Shown one piece after another: positions 25,110-36,778 of a DNA stretch of 64,000 nt. The translations under genes and the position numbers were made by a program. Source of the DNA: Squalus acanthias (lineage: Eukaryota); contig CM059432.1 in the NCBI GenBank assembly GCA_030390025.1, forward strand, positions 122,576,001 through 122,640,000, in the 5' to 3' direction. Each line of letters opens with the position of its first letter. The first letter of the stretch is position 1. Under the pieces are notes generated by a model, which saw only the letters and a list, made by a program, of their open reading frames with translations, did not search any database and had not been told where the DNA came from.

Positions 25110-28100
25110 GCCTGGCAACCAAGGGACCTCAGCGGAGGCAGAGTATAAATAGATCGGGAGGCCAAGGACAGAGTGTGGACTTGAGCGGTGGCAGCAGTGG
25201 AGGCAGAGTATACCAGCAAATTCAAAAACAACAAAACAAGGAGTGACGTCACAGGACAGCAGGTAGGGGATTGGTTGGTGAGTATTAGCGTTTCTTTTCT
25301 CCCTAAGCTAGGACAGTGGTTTAAACTATGAACTGGGAAACTATAACTTACATTATTAAATTAATAACTTAACTAGGTAAGCTAATTAATATAACTATAA
25401 ATAATCGTTTGAATAAAGAGCTTAACTAATTAAATAACTAAAACAAGGTTAGGCTAAGATATGGTAGAGCAGGTTGTGTGTCTGGACGACAGAATGTAGG
25501 AGTTTGTGGACAATGAGACTGTCCCAAGTGAACACATCTGCCTCGAATCTCTCCGGCTCAGAGACACTGGGCTAGAGTGCGAGTTGGAGACACTCCAACA
25601 CATAAGGGAAGGGGAGAAATATCTGGACAGTTTGCTCCAGACCTCGGTCACACCTCGTAGAGATGCAGATTCAAAACAGGGTTGGTGTGACCAATAGTGT
25701 ACAGAGTATGGGGAACGCAGGCGAGATAGAGAACAATGAATCACAGAAACTGATCCTATCCAAGTGGTACAATGTACTTGCTATCTGTGAGGATCAGGAT
25801 AAAGACTGTCAGAAGGACAACCAGAATGCTGACCATGGCACCTTGGAGCAGGAGGCTGTCCAAAGGGTAATGTGGTAGTTGTAGGGGATTCAATAATTAG
25901 GGGGATGATAGCATCCATTGTAAGCAGGATCGAGAGTCCCGCATGCTATGTTGCCTACCTGGTACCAGGGTGAGGGACATCTCTAACTGGCTTGAAAGGA
26001 TATTAGGAAGGAAGGGGGAGGATCCAGTTGTTGTGGTCCAAGTTGGGACCAACAAAATAGGAAAGAGTAGACAAGAGGTCCTGTTTGGAGAGTACCAGGA
26101 ACTAGGAGCTAAATTAAAGAACAGGACCTCAAGGGTTATAATCTCTGATTACCCAAGCCACGTGCAAATTGGCATACGGATAAGCAGATTAGAGAGGTGA
26201 ACACGTGGCTGAAGGAGTGGTGTGGGAAAGAGGAGTTCCATTTCATGAGACACTGGCACCAGTACTGGGACAGTAAGAAACTGTACCGTTGGGACGGGCT
26301 CCATCGGAACCGGCTGAGACCAAGGTCCTAGCAGAAAAGATAAATAGGGCAGTCACAAGGACTTTAAACCAGTAAATGGTGGGGGGATTGCTCAGGTGGA
26401 AAAGGTAGTATAAATAATAGTTTGGAAACAAATGAAAGAGAGAGTGAAGTAATAGTCAGAAATTATGCTTTAGGCATTACAGGTAAAGGGAAAACTAAAA
26501 GATGTAAAGTCATTAAACCAGGAGAAAGAAAAAAGAAATGTGTAAGTAAAACATTAGAGCAGAAGGACAGGTTAGGGTGCGTGGCCCAAATAAGCGTTCT
26601 TTATACAAACGCATGGAGTATAAGGAACAAACTGAATGAATTACAGGCGCAAATTCAACTTAGAGGGTATGACATGGTAGCCATTGCTGAGACATGGCTG
26701 CAAGATGGTCAGGACTGGGAACTAAATATACCAGGTTATAAGGTCTACAGGAAAGATAGGGAAAATGGCAGAGGGGGAGCAGTAGTCTTAGTGATTAAGG
26801 ATGCGATCACTTCAATGATGAGAGAGGATATAATAATAGGTAAGCAGGCAGTGGAGACTTTATGGGCAGAATTAAGAAATAGAAAAGATTTAAGACTGTA
26901 GTGGGAGTTGTGTATAGGCCCCCTGGTAGCAGCAGTGAAGTGGTAGATGGTATAATTGCAGAGATTAGACAAGCATGTAGCAACGGCAAAGTCGTTTTAA
27001 TGGGGGATTTTAACAATCATGTAGATTGGGATAAGCAGACAAGCGCATGTCATAAAGGTAGTGAGTGTGTTCAGGATAGCTTTCTACAACAATATGTCCT
27101 AGAACCAACAAGGGGGCATACCATATTAGATTTAGTCATGAGTAATGAGCCAGATTTAGTTAACAGGCTAATGGTGCGTGAACATTTATCCAACAGCGAT
27201 CATAATATGATCGAGTTCAATGCAGCATCTGAAAGGGAGAAACGCAAAACAGCTACTAAGATTCTAGATTTAGGTAAGGCTGACTTCAACGGGATGAGAC
27301 AGAGACAGTCCACAATAAACTGGGCGAATCTGTTAATGGGTAAAATGACAAAAGATCAGTGGGAGGTGTTCAAAAAAGAACTTAATGTGATACAGAACCA
27401 GTTAATACCCCCAAGGGGCAAGAGCTCTACTTGCCAAAAAAACCCAGCCATGGATGACTAATGAGGTAAGGGACAACATAAAACTAAAGGAAAAAGCATA
27501 CAAAAATGCAAAAAAGTACAGACCCTGGTGAATGGAAGAGATACAAAGAACAGCAAAGGGTGACAAAACAGATAGTTAGAACAACAAAAAAGTAGTAAGA
27601 AACTTGCAAGGGATATCAAAATCAACACACAAATCTTTAAAATTATATTAGGAAAAAGAGGGTCATCATGAGCAATGTGGGCCCCTTGAAAACTGATAAC
27701 AGTGAGATTGTCAATGAAAATAATGAAATGGAGGACATGTTAAATAATTACTTTGCGTCAGTATTTACAGTAGAGGAAGAAGATCGAATGCCAGACAACC
27801 CAAGGGAACTAATATTGACTCGGGGACGGAGACTCACCAAAATTAATGTAAGCAAAATAACAGTAATGAAGAAAATAATGACACTAAGGAATGACAAATC
27901 CCCAGGACCAGATGTTTTCTATCCCAGGGTTTTAAAGGAAATAGGTGGGAGCATTGCAGATGCCCTAACTATAATCTTCTAGAGTTCTCTTGTTTTGGGA
28001 ACCGCTCCTTTAGATTGGAAAATAGCACATCACTCCGCTATTTAAGGGTGAGAGAGGGGAAACAGGGAATTATAGACCAGTTACCCTAACATCTGTTGTC

Positions 28101-29451
28101 GGGAAATTACTAGAGTCTATAATTAAGGATAGAGTGACTGAACTTGAAAATTTTCAGCTGATCAGAGAGAGCCAGCATGGATTTGTGAAAGGTAGGTCAT
28201 GCCTAACGAACCTCAGAGTCATAGTCAACCTGATTGAATATTTTAAAGAGGTGACTAAAGTAGTGGACAGGGGAATGTCTATGGATGTTATTTATATGGA
28301 CTTCCAGAAGGCATTTGATAAAGTCCATCATAAGAGACTGTTAGCTAAAGTTGAAGCTCATGGAATTGAAGGCAAACTATTGACCAGGTTAGGAAATTGG
28401 CTGAGTGGCAGGAGACAGAGAGTAGGGATAATGGGAAGGTACTCTAATTGGCAGGATGTGACTAGTGGTGCCCCGTAAGGATCTGTGTTCGGGCCTCAAC
28501 TATTCACTCTTATTTATTAATCACTTAGATGATGGGATAGAAAGCCACACGTCCAAGTTTGGTGACGACACAAAAAGATAGGAAGCACTGTCAGCAGCTT
28601 AGATGGAAGCATAAAATTGCAAGAGATATTAATAGATTAAATGAATGGGCAAAACTGTGGCAAATGGATTTCAATGTAGGCAAATGTGAAGTCATCCACT
28701 TTGGACCTAAAAAGGATAGAATAAAGTACTTTCTAAATGGTGAAAAGCTAGAAACAGTGGAAGTCCAAAGAGACTTGGGGGTCCAGGTACACAGATCATT
28801 AAAATGTCATGAACAGGTACAAAAAAGTCAAAAAGGCTAATGGGATACTGGCCTTTATATCTAGAGGTCTAGAATACAAGGTGGTAGAAGTTATGCTGCA
28901 GCTATACAAAACCCTGGTTAGACCACACCTGGAGCACTGTGAGCAGTTCTGGGTACCACACCTTAGGAAAGATACATTGGCCTTGGAGGGACTCCAGCAT
29001 AGGTTTACCAGAATGGTACCCGGACTTCAAGGGTTAAATTACAAGGAGAGATTACACAAACTAGGGTTGTATTCCCTGGAATTTAGAAGGTTATATGGTG
29101 ACTTGATCGAAGTTTTCTAGATATTAAGGGGAACAGATAGGGTAGATAGAGATAAACTATTTTCACTGGTTGGGGATTCTAGGACTAGGGGGCAGAGTCT
29201 AAAAATTAGAGCCAGATCTGACAGGAGTGAAATTAGGAAACACTTCCACACACAAAGGGTGATAGAAGTTTGGAACTCTCTTCTACAAATGGCAATTGAT
29301 GCTAGATCAATTGTTAATTTTAAAACTGAGATTGATAGACTTTTGTTAACCAAAGGTATCAAGGGATATGGGGCAAAGGCAGGTATATGGAGTTAGGTCG
29401 CAGATCAGCCATGATCTCTCATTGAATGGCGGAACAGATTCGAGGGGCTAT
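25110..29451 (+). mobile_element. Near full-length, inactivated CR1 LINE
   Basis: 5' UTR; ORF1 remnant (about 25460-26375) with SGNH/GDSL esterase motifs (VVGDS, CLPGTRV, VQVGTN); ORF2 remnant (about 26585-29397) with APE (YTNAWSIRNK, ETWL, MGDFN, SDH) and RT (QHGFVKGRSCLTNL, DFQKAFDKV, GDDTK); many stops and frameshifts. Confidence 0.93.
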
Positions 29452-29597
29452 ATTGTGATTTTTGTCATGGTTTGCCAGCTCTGAAGAAGATGCTTTGGAC
29501 AATTGTTAAAAACGATGTAGATCATACGTGGCTCTAAGATGAAAGCCAGCTCTCTCTCCCCCTCTACATAAATGGATCGCTCATAATTTAATAGTGT

Positions 29598-30042
29598 CAG
29601 TTGTGGCTCAGTTGGTAGCACACTCGCCTGAGTCAGAAGGTTGTGGGTTCAAGTCCCACTCCAGGGACTTGAGCACATAAATCTAGGCTGACACTCCAGT
29701 GCAGTGCTGAAGGAGTGCTGCACTGTCGGAGGTGCCGTCATTTGAATGAGACGTTAAACCAAGGCCCCATCTGCTCTCTCAGGTGTATGTAAAAGATCCC
29801 ATGGCACTATTTCGAAGAAGAGCACTGGAGTTCTCCCCGGTGTCCTGGTCAATATTTATTCCTCAACCAACATCATTATCACATTGCTGTCTGTGGGAGC
29901 TTGCTGTGCACAAATTGGCTGCCGCATTTCCCACATTACAACAGTGACTACACTTCAAAAGTACTTCATTGGCTGTAAAGCGCTGAGAGACGTCCGGTGG
30001 TCGTGAAAGACGCTATAGAAATGTAAGTCTTTTTTTCTTTCT
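29598..30042 (+). mobile_element. Deu-domain tRNA-SINE (SacSINE1-like), near complete
   Basis: A box tggctcagttgg, B box ggttcaagtcc, conserved body and L2-like tail; homologous to 48283-48737. Confidence 0.85.
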
Positions 30043-31447
30043 GATACTCTGAAGAGTAAACCTCACCATCACAGCTGCAAAACACGGCCAGTTGACAAGA
30101 GGCGGGAGCATTTTTGCTAACAAAAAGATGAGGGCATGCGAAGAGTAATTTCTTCAGTCGAGCCCTCTGCTGCTCAGACAACAGAGATACCACAAGAGAA
30201 ATCAGCCGAGAGGAAGTGAATAGGTTGCCAGCGTGATAAACCTCAACTCTCCTGAAGCAATGAAAAAAAATGGCTGCATTGATCCCGTTGCATTGTGTTC
30301 AGTGCAGATAGAGACAAAAAGTAACATTTGCGAATTCAAAAGAAACGCTGTTTGCCAGATTAAACATAGTAATCATGTAAACCGAGACTGAACTGTGACT
30401 TCATTAAGAAGTGTCTTTATTAAAACTGACCAATCTTCTCAATCCTTACCAAGCTTGTCCAACAATGGGTTACAAAGGGTTCAACAAGTAGATACCAAGA
30501 CAAAAAGCACACCAAGCTAGATTTTTAGGTTCACAATGATACATATTTTGATCTTTACAAAAGCTCACTAAAGAGTATGCTAGCTTTTGTCAACCATCCA
30601 ATTTCTGCTTACAGAGGCTACAAAGTGAATCTGACAGCTGCCTGCCCCATTTTTCAGTAAACTGAATGGGAAAGCAGTGCTACGACCAGAGCTGCTACGT
30701 GCTGGGAAACATGCTGCCGTAGCTTTGATCGCAAAGGTGCATTTTTTGTTGCATTCAGAAACTGTGTAAGGACTCGGTTAAATGTTGGACATTTTTCCAG
30801 CATTGGATCGCAGTAGCTTAACAAAATTACTAAGTGTCCTTAGGGCACTGTTATGCCGAAATTAACTTTCCAATCACCACAAACGGTTACTCAACTTTTC
30901 AAAGTAGTTTTTGTGGTGACTGGAAAATTAAGTCTGAAAAGGAATCCTTTTTCTGCAACTGAGACATGAAGTAAGCAGGATGCAGAAGAGCGCCAATAGG
31001 CACCAAGAAAGCAGAGAAAGCATAGCCTTGTTTACACAGAAACCTGATTCCATTATTCTGGCTTAGTGTGGACAGGATGGGTGGAACTGCCTAGTGTGTA
31101 CTGGTACATCCAAATCAGGATCAATATGTGGATCGGCCCCCTTCAAAAAAAAAAGGTGGTGATGAGGGTTACACAGCCACAGGTTCCGAAACACATAATT
31201 CAGCCGATTCCCAGCTGTGCTCCTAGTTTAGGACAAACCCAACCTTCAATTGGCCCTATAAAATGCAATACATCAAGGGCTGGAGTGAAGGCATAGCTCG
31301 ACAGATTTTACTCGCAGGCTATTAAATAGTTTCATTTTTCAAACCAGGAAAGTGAGAAAGTAAAACACTCTTGGTTAGTTAGTGGCTCTGTTCTAACCAC
31401 TAGTAGGCTAGGATTGTGTAGCATTTAAAGGTGATGAAAATTCTATT

Positions 31448-31685
31448 TAAGAACAGAAAATTGCTGGAAACACGCAGCAAATCTCAGCAACTGAAAACAA
31501 GAATAGATGGGCTAACACTTCAAGTGGAGACCATTCATCAGAACTGTCTACAAGTTCAGAGAGACAATTCTGACAAAGGATTCCACCTATCTTTTCTCTG
31601 TTCAAATTCTGAACCTGCTATGTATTTTGAGCATTTTGTGTTTTTATTTCGGATTTCCAGCAATTGCAGTTTTTCTTTTGTCTAA
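31448..31685. mobile_element. Degenerate Penelope-terminus-derived repeat in inverted arrangement
   Basis: Both halves resemble the terminus at 47740-47872, in opposite orientations. Confidence 0.55.
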
Positions 31686-31898
31686 TTTCAAGGATGTAAA
31701 TTGTCTCCGGATATTCACTTCATTCAGCAAATAATTCTGCCAGTGACTAACTCACATGGCTTTACTTTATATAACAAGAACCAAAGCCAAGCATTCACTG
31801 GCTAGTTCCTTGCAGAATGGGCACATATATATTTCAGAATACTGCTGTATATGTGGTCACTGGAAGAAAGTAGCATGAGGTTGAATCGCAAGTAGTTA

Positions 31899-32548
31899 GG
31901 GGGAAAAATTTGGTTGCTTTGCACCTCCCGTTAGTGCCCTAAGGGGGCGCAAAGCAACTAGCGCCCGGGCGCTGCGCCAACGCCTCCCGTGAAATTCAGC
32001 GGGAGGTTAGCGGCGGCGGTAACCGTTAGCGCCCCGCTGCGCCGCTGGCGTCATCGCCGTGCACAGCGCCCCGCTCGCGATCTTCGGTAGCGCCCCGACT
32101 TACCGCTGGACTCTATGTCCGACGGGGTCAGGGAGGCCTACATGCGGCCGGGGCGGCGCTAGTTAAAGGCGAGGTGCGGGGCGGCCATTTTTGTTGCTGG
32201 CCGCCTGCCAGCACCTGCCCCCTTTGCCGTCCCCGGCCTCCTCTGCAGCCCCCCCTCCCCCCGTGGAGTGCCAGCTGCGCTCCGTGAGCCCGGCACTTCT
32301 CGAGTGCCTGGCTCTTTTGCCGGCACTTCGATCCCTGGTGGCCCAGCTGGGCCCCAGGTTGTGCTGCGCAAGGCCCCTCCCCTTTAAGGGGAGGAAGGCC
32401 TGCAGTACCGCGGCACGTAGCGCCCCGCTTCCCTCTTGGAGCACTACCATTCAATTTCGGCCGCGGGGGCGCTAATTTTTTCAGGGCGCTAAAAGTAGCG
32501 CCCCGGCGAAGTTAGCGCCCCAAAGGGGCGCGACTCAATTTTTCCCCC
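31899..32548. mobile_element. PIF/Harbinger-like MITE, GC/CpG-rich
   Basis: Perfect 12-bp TIR gggggaaaaatt / aatttttccccc; TTA on both sides (31896-31898, 32549-32551); internal tagcgccc repeats. Confidence 0.88.
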
Positions 32549-33994
32549 TTAGTGTTTAAAAAGTGATACTCGCATCTCAGCCCAAGCCAGTAATTACCAA
32601 ACTGGCTTCTGTCGGAAGAAAACATCCTCACAGCGATTCTTAATGGTGAGGTATTCCCAGTAATTAATCCTCAGCCTAAACCTACAATATAATCAAGCCT
32701 TCGGAGGGAGATATCAAGTGAACGAGACACTTCTATGTAGGGGACAGGAAGAGATAAAACAGTGAGAATCACCAGCAGTCAGTTTTAGAGCAAAATCAGC
32801 GGAGGTCCAGTAAAAGCTCTCGTCACTAAAACATGGCAGGACACAATCTCCCACAATGCTGTATTTGGCATAAAAGTTAGATATTTCATGTCCTAGACAA
32901 CCTTGAACTCTTAAGGTACAAACTAACAGATGAAGCAAAATACTTTGAACCTCTGACCTAAATTATTAAATGGTACAGCTTCGAATTGATTCCTCGTCAG
33001 CCTAATGCTTTAAAACTGAGAATCCTGCATACACCGCTTTTTCTAGCACATTGGAAAACATACTTTACAACTTGACCAAATGTCAACAAATCTCCTCACT
33101 CTGGAGGAATTCCGGTTTACATTATCAAATTTATTACTAAATATATTACCATCTTGATCTGAATTGGCTGCTCCACTTATTGCATTGTAGGTTGAATCTG
33201 AGCCATGTAGCAGATTAAACCCAAGGCATTAAACAGAACAAGGAGCCAAGGAGAGATCAATTTCAGCAAAAAAAAGGTAGCTTCAATATCTTGAAGTGCA
33301 TGGGTCTTATAAACGGTTAGTGTTTTACAAATATCCCTGTAACCCAGAGATCTACTTTAAAAGCAGCAGAACTAAGTTTCCTGTGGCTTATTGGAGAAAG
33401 CTATCACCTTGTCCAGGTTTGACACCCAGTCTCTCGTTATTTAGCTGGTTTCGGCCAGGGCAGCAGTTGTGGCACTGCAGTGGCTTCAGAGCTCATGGGC
33501 TAGCTAAGAGGAAAAAAGTCAAGTTTCTGCTCCTCATCATTATCCAGAGACCCTTGCTGGAAAATACAGGTGGACATCAGGTGAGTACAGGTTCAAGCAC
33601 AGCTCACAGACGTGCCACCTGGGTAAAGAACCAGCAGATGTAGCACCCAGGGAACAGTACACCAGTGAGATTTAATACAATACGGTGGAGGGTGAGGAAA
33701 AGAAAGAGGAAAGTAGTTTACCCACTGTCTATTTCAAAAGACCAACAGTGCAATTTGGAAAGTTCCAAACTATTCCCTAAAGCAGATGTGCACAATACGT
33801 GGGCTGAAACTAGCTGAACAATTATGTAAACTAGCCGATCAGCACAATCTTTCTTTTCTTCTCTCCCTTCAAAACAAGAGACCAGAGGAACATTTTAATA
33901 AAACAAGTAACATGCTTCCTGCAAAAGTAGATTTAAAGAAAATTAAAATTAGGGCTGGCTGACGCGTGGGTTAGCGTGCTTCTTTCACAGAGCA

Positions 33995-34700
33995 GTTTGC
34001 TTCTATTTGCTCTCAGGACATGGGCGATGCAGACAGAGCCACATTTATTACACATCATTAGGTACCCCGAGAAGGTGGTGGTGGGCCTTCTCCTTGAAAC
34101 ACTGCATTCCTAATGCTGATGGTGCTAATGGGGAATTCCAGGATTCTGATCCAGCAACAATAAAGGAACGGCGATATAGGTCCAAGATGATTAGGGATGG
34201 CGTGCGTCTTGGAGGGGAGTTTGAAGCTGATGCTATCTTGTACAAGTAGAGGTCGCTGGCCTAGGAGGTGATGTTGAAGTCAGCTCAACAAGTGGCTGAT
34301 ATAACAACAGAAAATGCTGGAAACACGCAGCAGGTCAGGCAGCATCGAGGAGAGAGAAACAGAGTCAACGTTTTGAGTCGGGGACCCTTCGTCAGAACTG
34401 GCCGATATGCTTCCTGTAGATGGTACATACTGGAGCCAGTGTGCCAGTAATGGAAGGGTGGATATTTAGTCCAGTGGTAAGGGCAGTGATCAAGTAGATT
34501 GCTCCGTCTCGATGATGTTGAGCTTCTTGAGTGCGGTTGTAACTGCACCCATCCAGGCGAGTAGTCAGTTTTCTATCACACTCCTGATTTGAGTCTTGTT
34601 GATGGTGGAGAGATTTTGAGGGGCCAGGAGGCGAGCCACTCGTTGCAGAGTACCCAGCATCTGCCCTGCTCTTGCAGCCAAGGTATCGATATGGCTGGTT
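33995..34700 (-). mobile_element. Degenerate Zenon-like LINE 3' fragment
   Basis: RRSFIVAGSESWNSP...FKEKAHHHLL, as in 53655-54258. Confidence 0.75.
34303..34400 (-). mobile_element. Short Penelope-terminus insertion
   Basis: Reverse complement of 47739-47835; flanked by tggctgatat (34293-34302) and tggccgatat (34399-34408). Confidence 0.75.
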
Positions 34701-35151
34701 TAGTTATCCTACTGGGTTAACAAATTTGTAGAGATTTCATAATTTGTGTATATTGTATTGGAGACAGTACTGTTTTGCTGAATGATTTTTGCCTTTTTAA
34801 TAAAAAATTATTAGTAGTGGTGTCTTTCACCAAACACAGATGAAATGCTATAGTTTTAGAAATGTGATTGTCAAGCCCTCCTTGTGTTCTTATTTTGTAA
34901 AGAAATAAGCTCTTAATTTTTTTTTTTAAATAAATCAAATCTCCTGTACAGTTTTTTGTTTTTTTTTGAATGATAATGTGATTTGTTCTGTAAAAGTTCA
35001 GTCCAAAGTGACATTCTCTCGTTAGCTCCAACATCCTCGTTCAAAATGAGTCTGGCCAGTTGTACTCCAGTTTCTGGTAGGATTAAGATGCACTACTGCG
35101 GCAGCAAAGGCAGGAGCCCCACTTGACAGGGGAGTGCACAGTGTAGACACC

Positions 35152-35692
35152 GTAGTTCCAATTTTAACCTGCATCATACAGGGGCTGAAACGAGCAGGCC
35201 ATTATAACTCCCAGGCCTCCTTTAAATGCTGACTCCCACCCAATCCCGGCGGCAATGACGTGGAGGCCGGCAGGTGGGAATGGGATTTCAGGCCTCTGAA
35301 GATCAGGGCGGTATGTCAAGAGGTAATCACGGTCGAGGGAGTTGGTGGGGGTGGGGGGAGCCTGAGTAGGAGAGGCCCAAGGCTTTTCTTGTTCCTGCCC
35401 CTCCTGGCCCGCAAAGAAACCAACAAAAAAAAATTAAAACCAAGTTGGGCCTCTTGTGGTCCTGGATCCATTTACCACCAGAATTCCCGGGTGCATTCGG
35501 CACTCTGCAAGAGTCACATGGCCCGGGAATAAACTTGCATGGGGTTCAAATGACGTCATCGGACCCCGACTTTTGAATAATTATGAGGCCCCTGCCTGTC
35601 TGATACAAGGGCCTTCAACACTGCCCCCTAAAATGGAACGACGCACAAGTGCGGCACGAGCAAGTTGAATTCTGGGGTTAAAAATCTGGTCT
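35152..35692. mobile_element. Degenerate MITE related to 8516-9045
   Basis: Ends ccaattttaacc ... ggttaaaaatctgg around a GC-rich interior. Confidence 0.5.
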
Positions 35693-36644
35693 TGTGTGCC
35701 CAATTTAGAAAACATGATCCCATTCCCAGGATCAACACATCACTTTAAATGAAAAAAATTACAAAAATATCCTCCCTTTTGCCACTCAGAATGCTCTCCT
35801 TCATCTTATGAGGTAGAAAGATGTCACTGCAGACGTGCCAGGAAAGGCTTCAGAACTATGTCATGCCTCAGAACTTAAGATGTTTGTTAAAAAAGGGAAG
35901 TTACTGAAAATGCACTCAGCCACTTATTTGTTCTGCTAGTAACTGTGATTTGTAATAGTTTTATTGGTGGTGCTATGGGTTTCTTCAAACGCACCTGCTA
36001 TGTATCGAACAGTTAGGTGGCGATTTGAGGAACAATGCATTTTCATACAAATGAGCAGAAACATCTGTTAAAATATTAATGTCCATGCTTGCAAGTCTCC
36101 AGTGTCACCTAGTCTTGGTTAACCAATAACTTCTTCCTCCCCACCTTCTGGTTCCCAGGTTTGATATAAAATAAAAACTACTTATTTATTCCTTTTCTCT
36201 ACATACTTTGCAATTATACATTTGCCCCTTAGAAAAGGTGTACATTCATCCAGCATTTAGAAAAAAACTCAGATGTCTAACTTACAAATTTTGTATATTT
36301 ATCCAGCTCTCCATTTTATAAAAATTAGTCCCAAAGTTGTTCCATTGTGCCCTGCTAGAAAATAAAGGCTATTTAAAAAATAATCTTCTACCATAGTTAC
36401 GCTCTGCCATATTCGCATAAAAATGAACTAGGACAGTGTACCTTTAAGGTACTGACAAGAACCATGACAGTCAAATGGTTCTTCCCTAAAACCTCATCCT
36501 GAAAGTTTACCTCAGTTGTTTTGACATGAGGTAACAGCACATGAAAGTGAATCAATAAATGGAAGTTACACCCAGAAAAACTCCCGAATGCAACAGATCA
36601 GACAGCAAAGAAGCTTTGCACGAAAAGAATGAACTGCATGCGTC

Positions 36645-36778
36645 AGCCATGGGTCAGTGGTCGCACTCTCACCTCTGAGTCGGAAGGTTGTGGGTTCAAA
36701 TGTCACTCCAGAGACTGGAGCACAAAATCTAGGCCGATGATCCAGTGCAGTACTGAGGGAGGTGCCGTCCTTCCGATT
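36645..36778 (+). mobile_element. Deu-SINE 5' fragment
   Basis: Head matches the 29598 copy; truncated by CR1. Confidence 0.75.

Noticed and set aside
29598..29670. tRNA-like A/B boxes (also at 48283 and 36645)
   Set aside because: These are SINE heads continuing into SINE bodies, not tRNA genes.
32128..32475. GC-rich overlapping ORFs / possible SOCS6 first exon
   Set aside because: Lies wholly inside a MITE with perfect TIRs and TSD.
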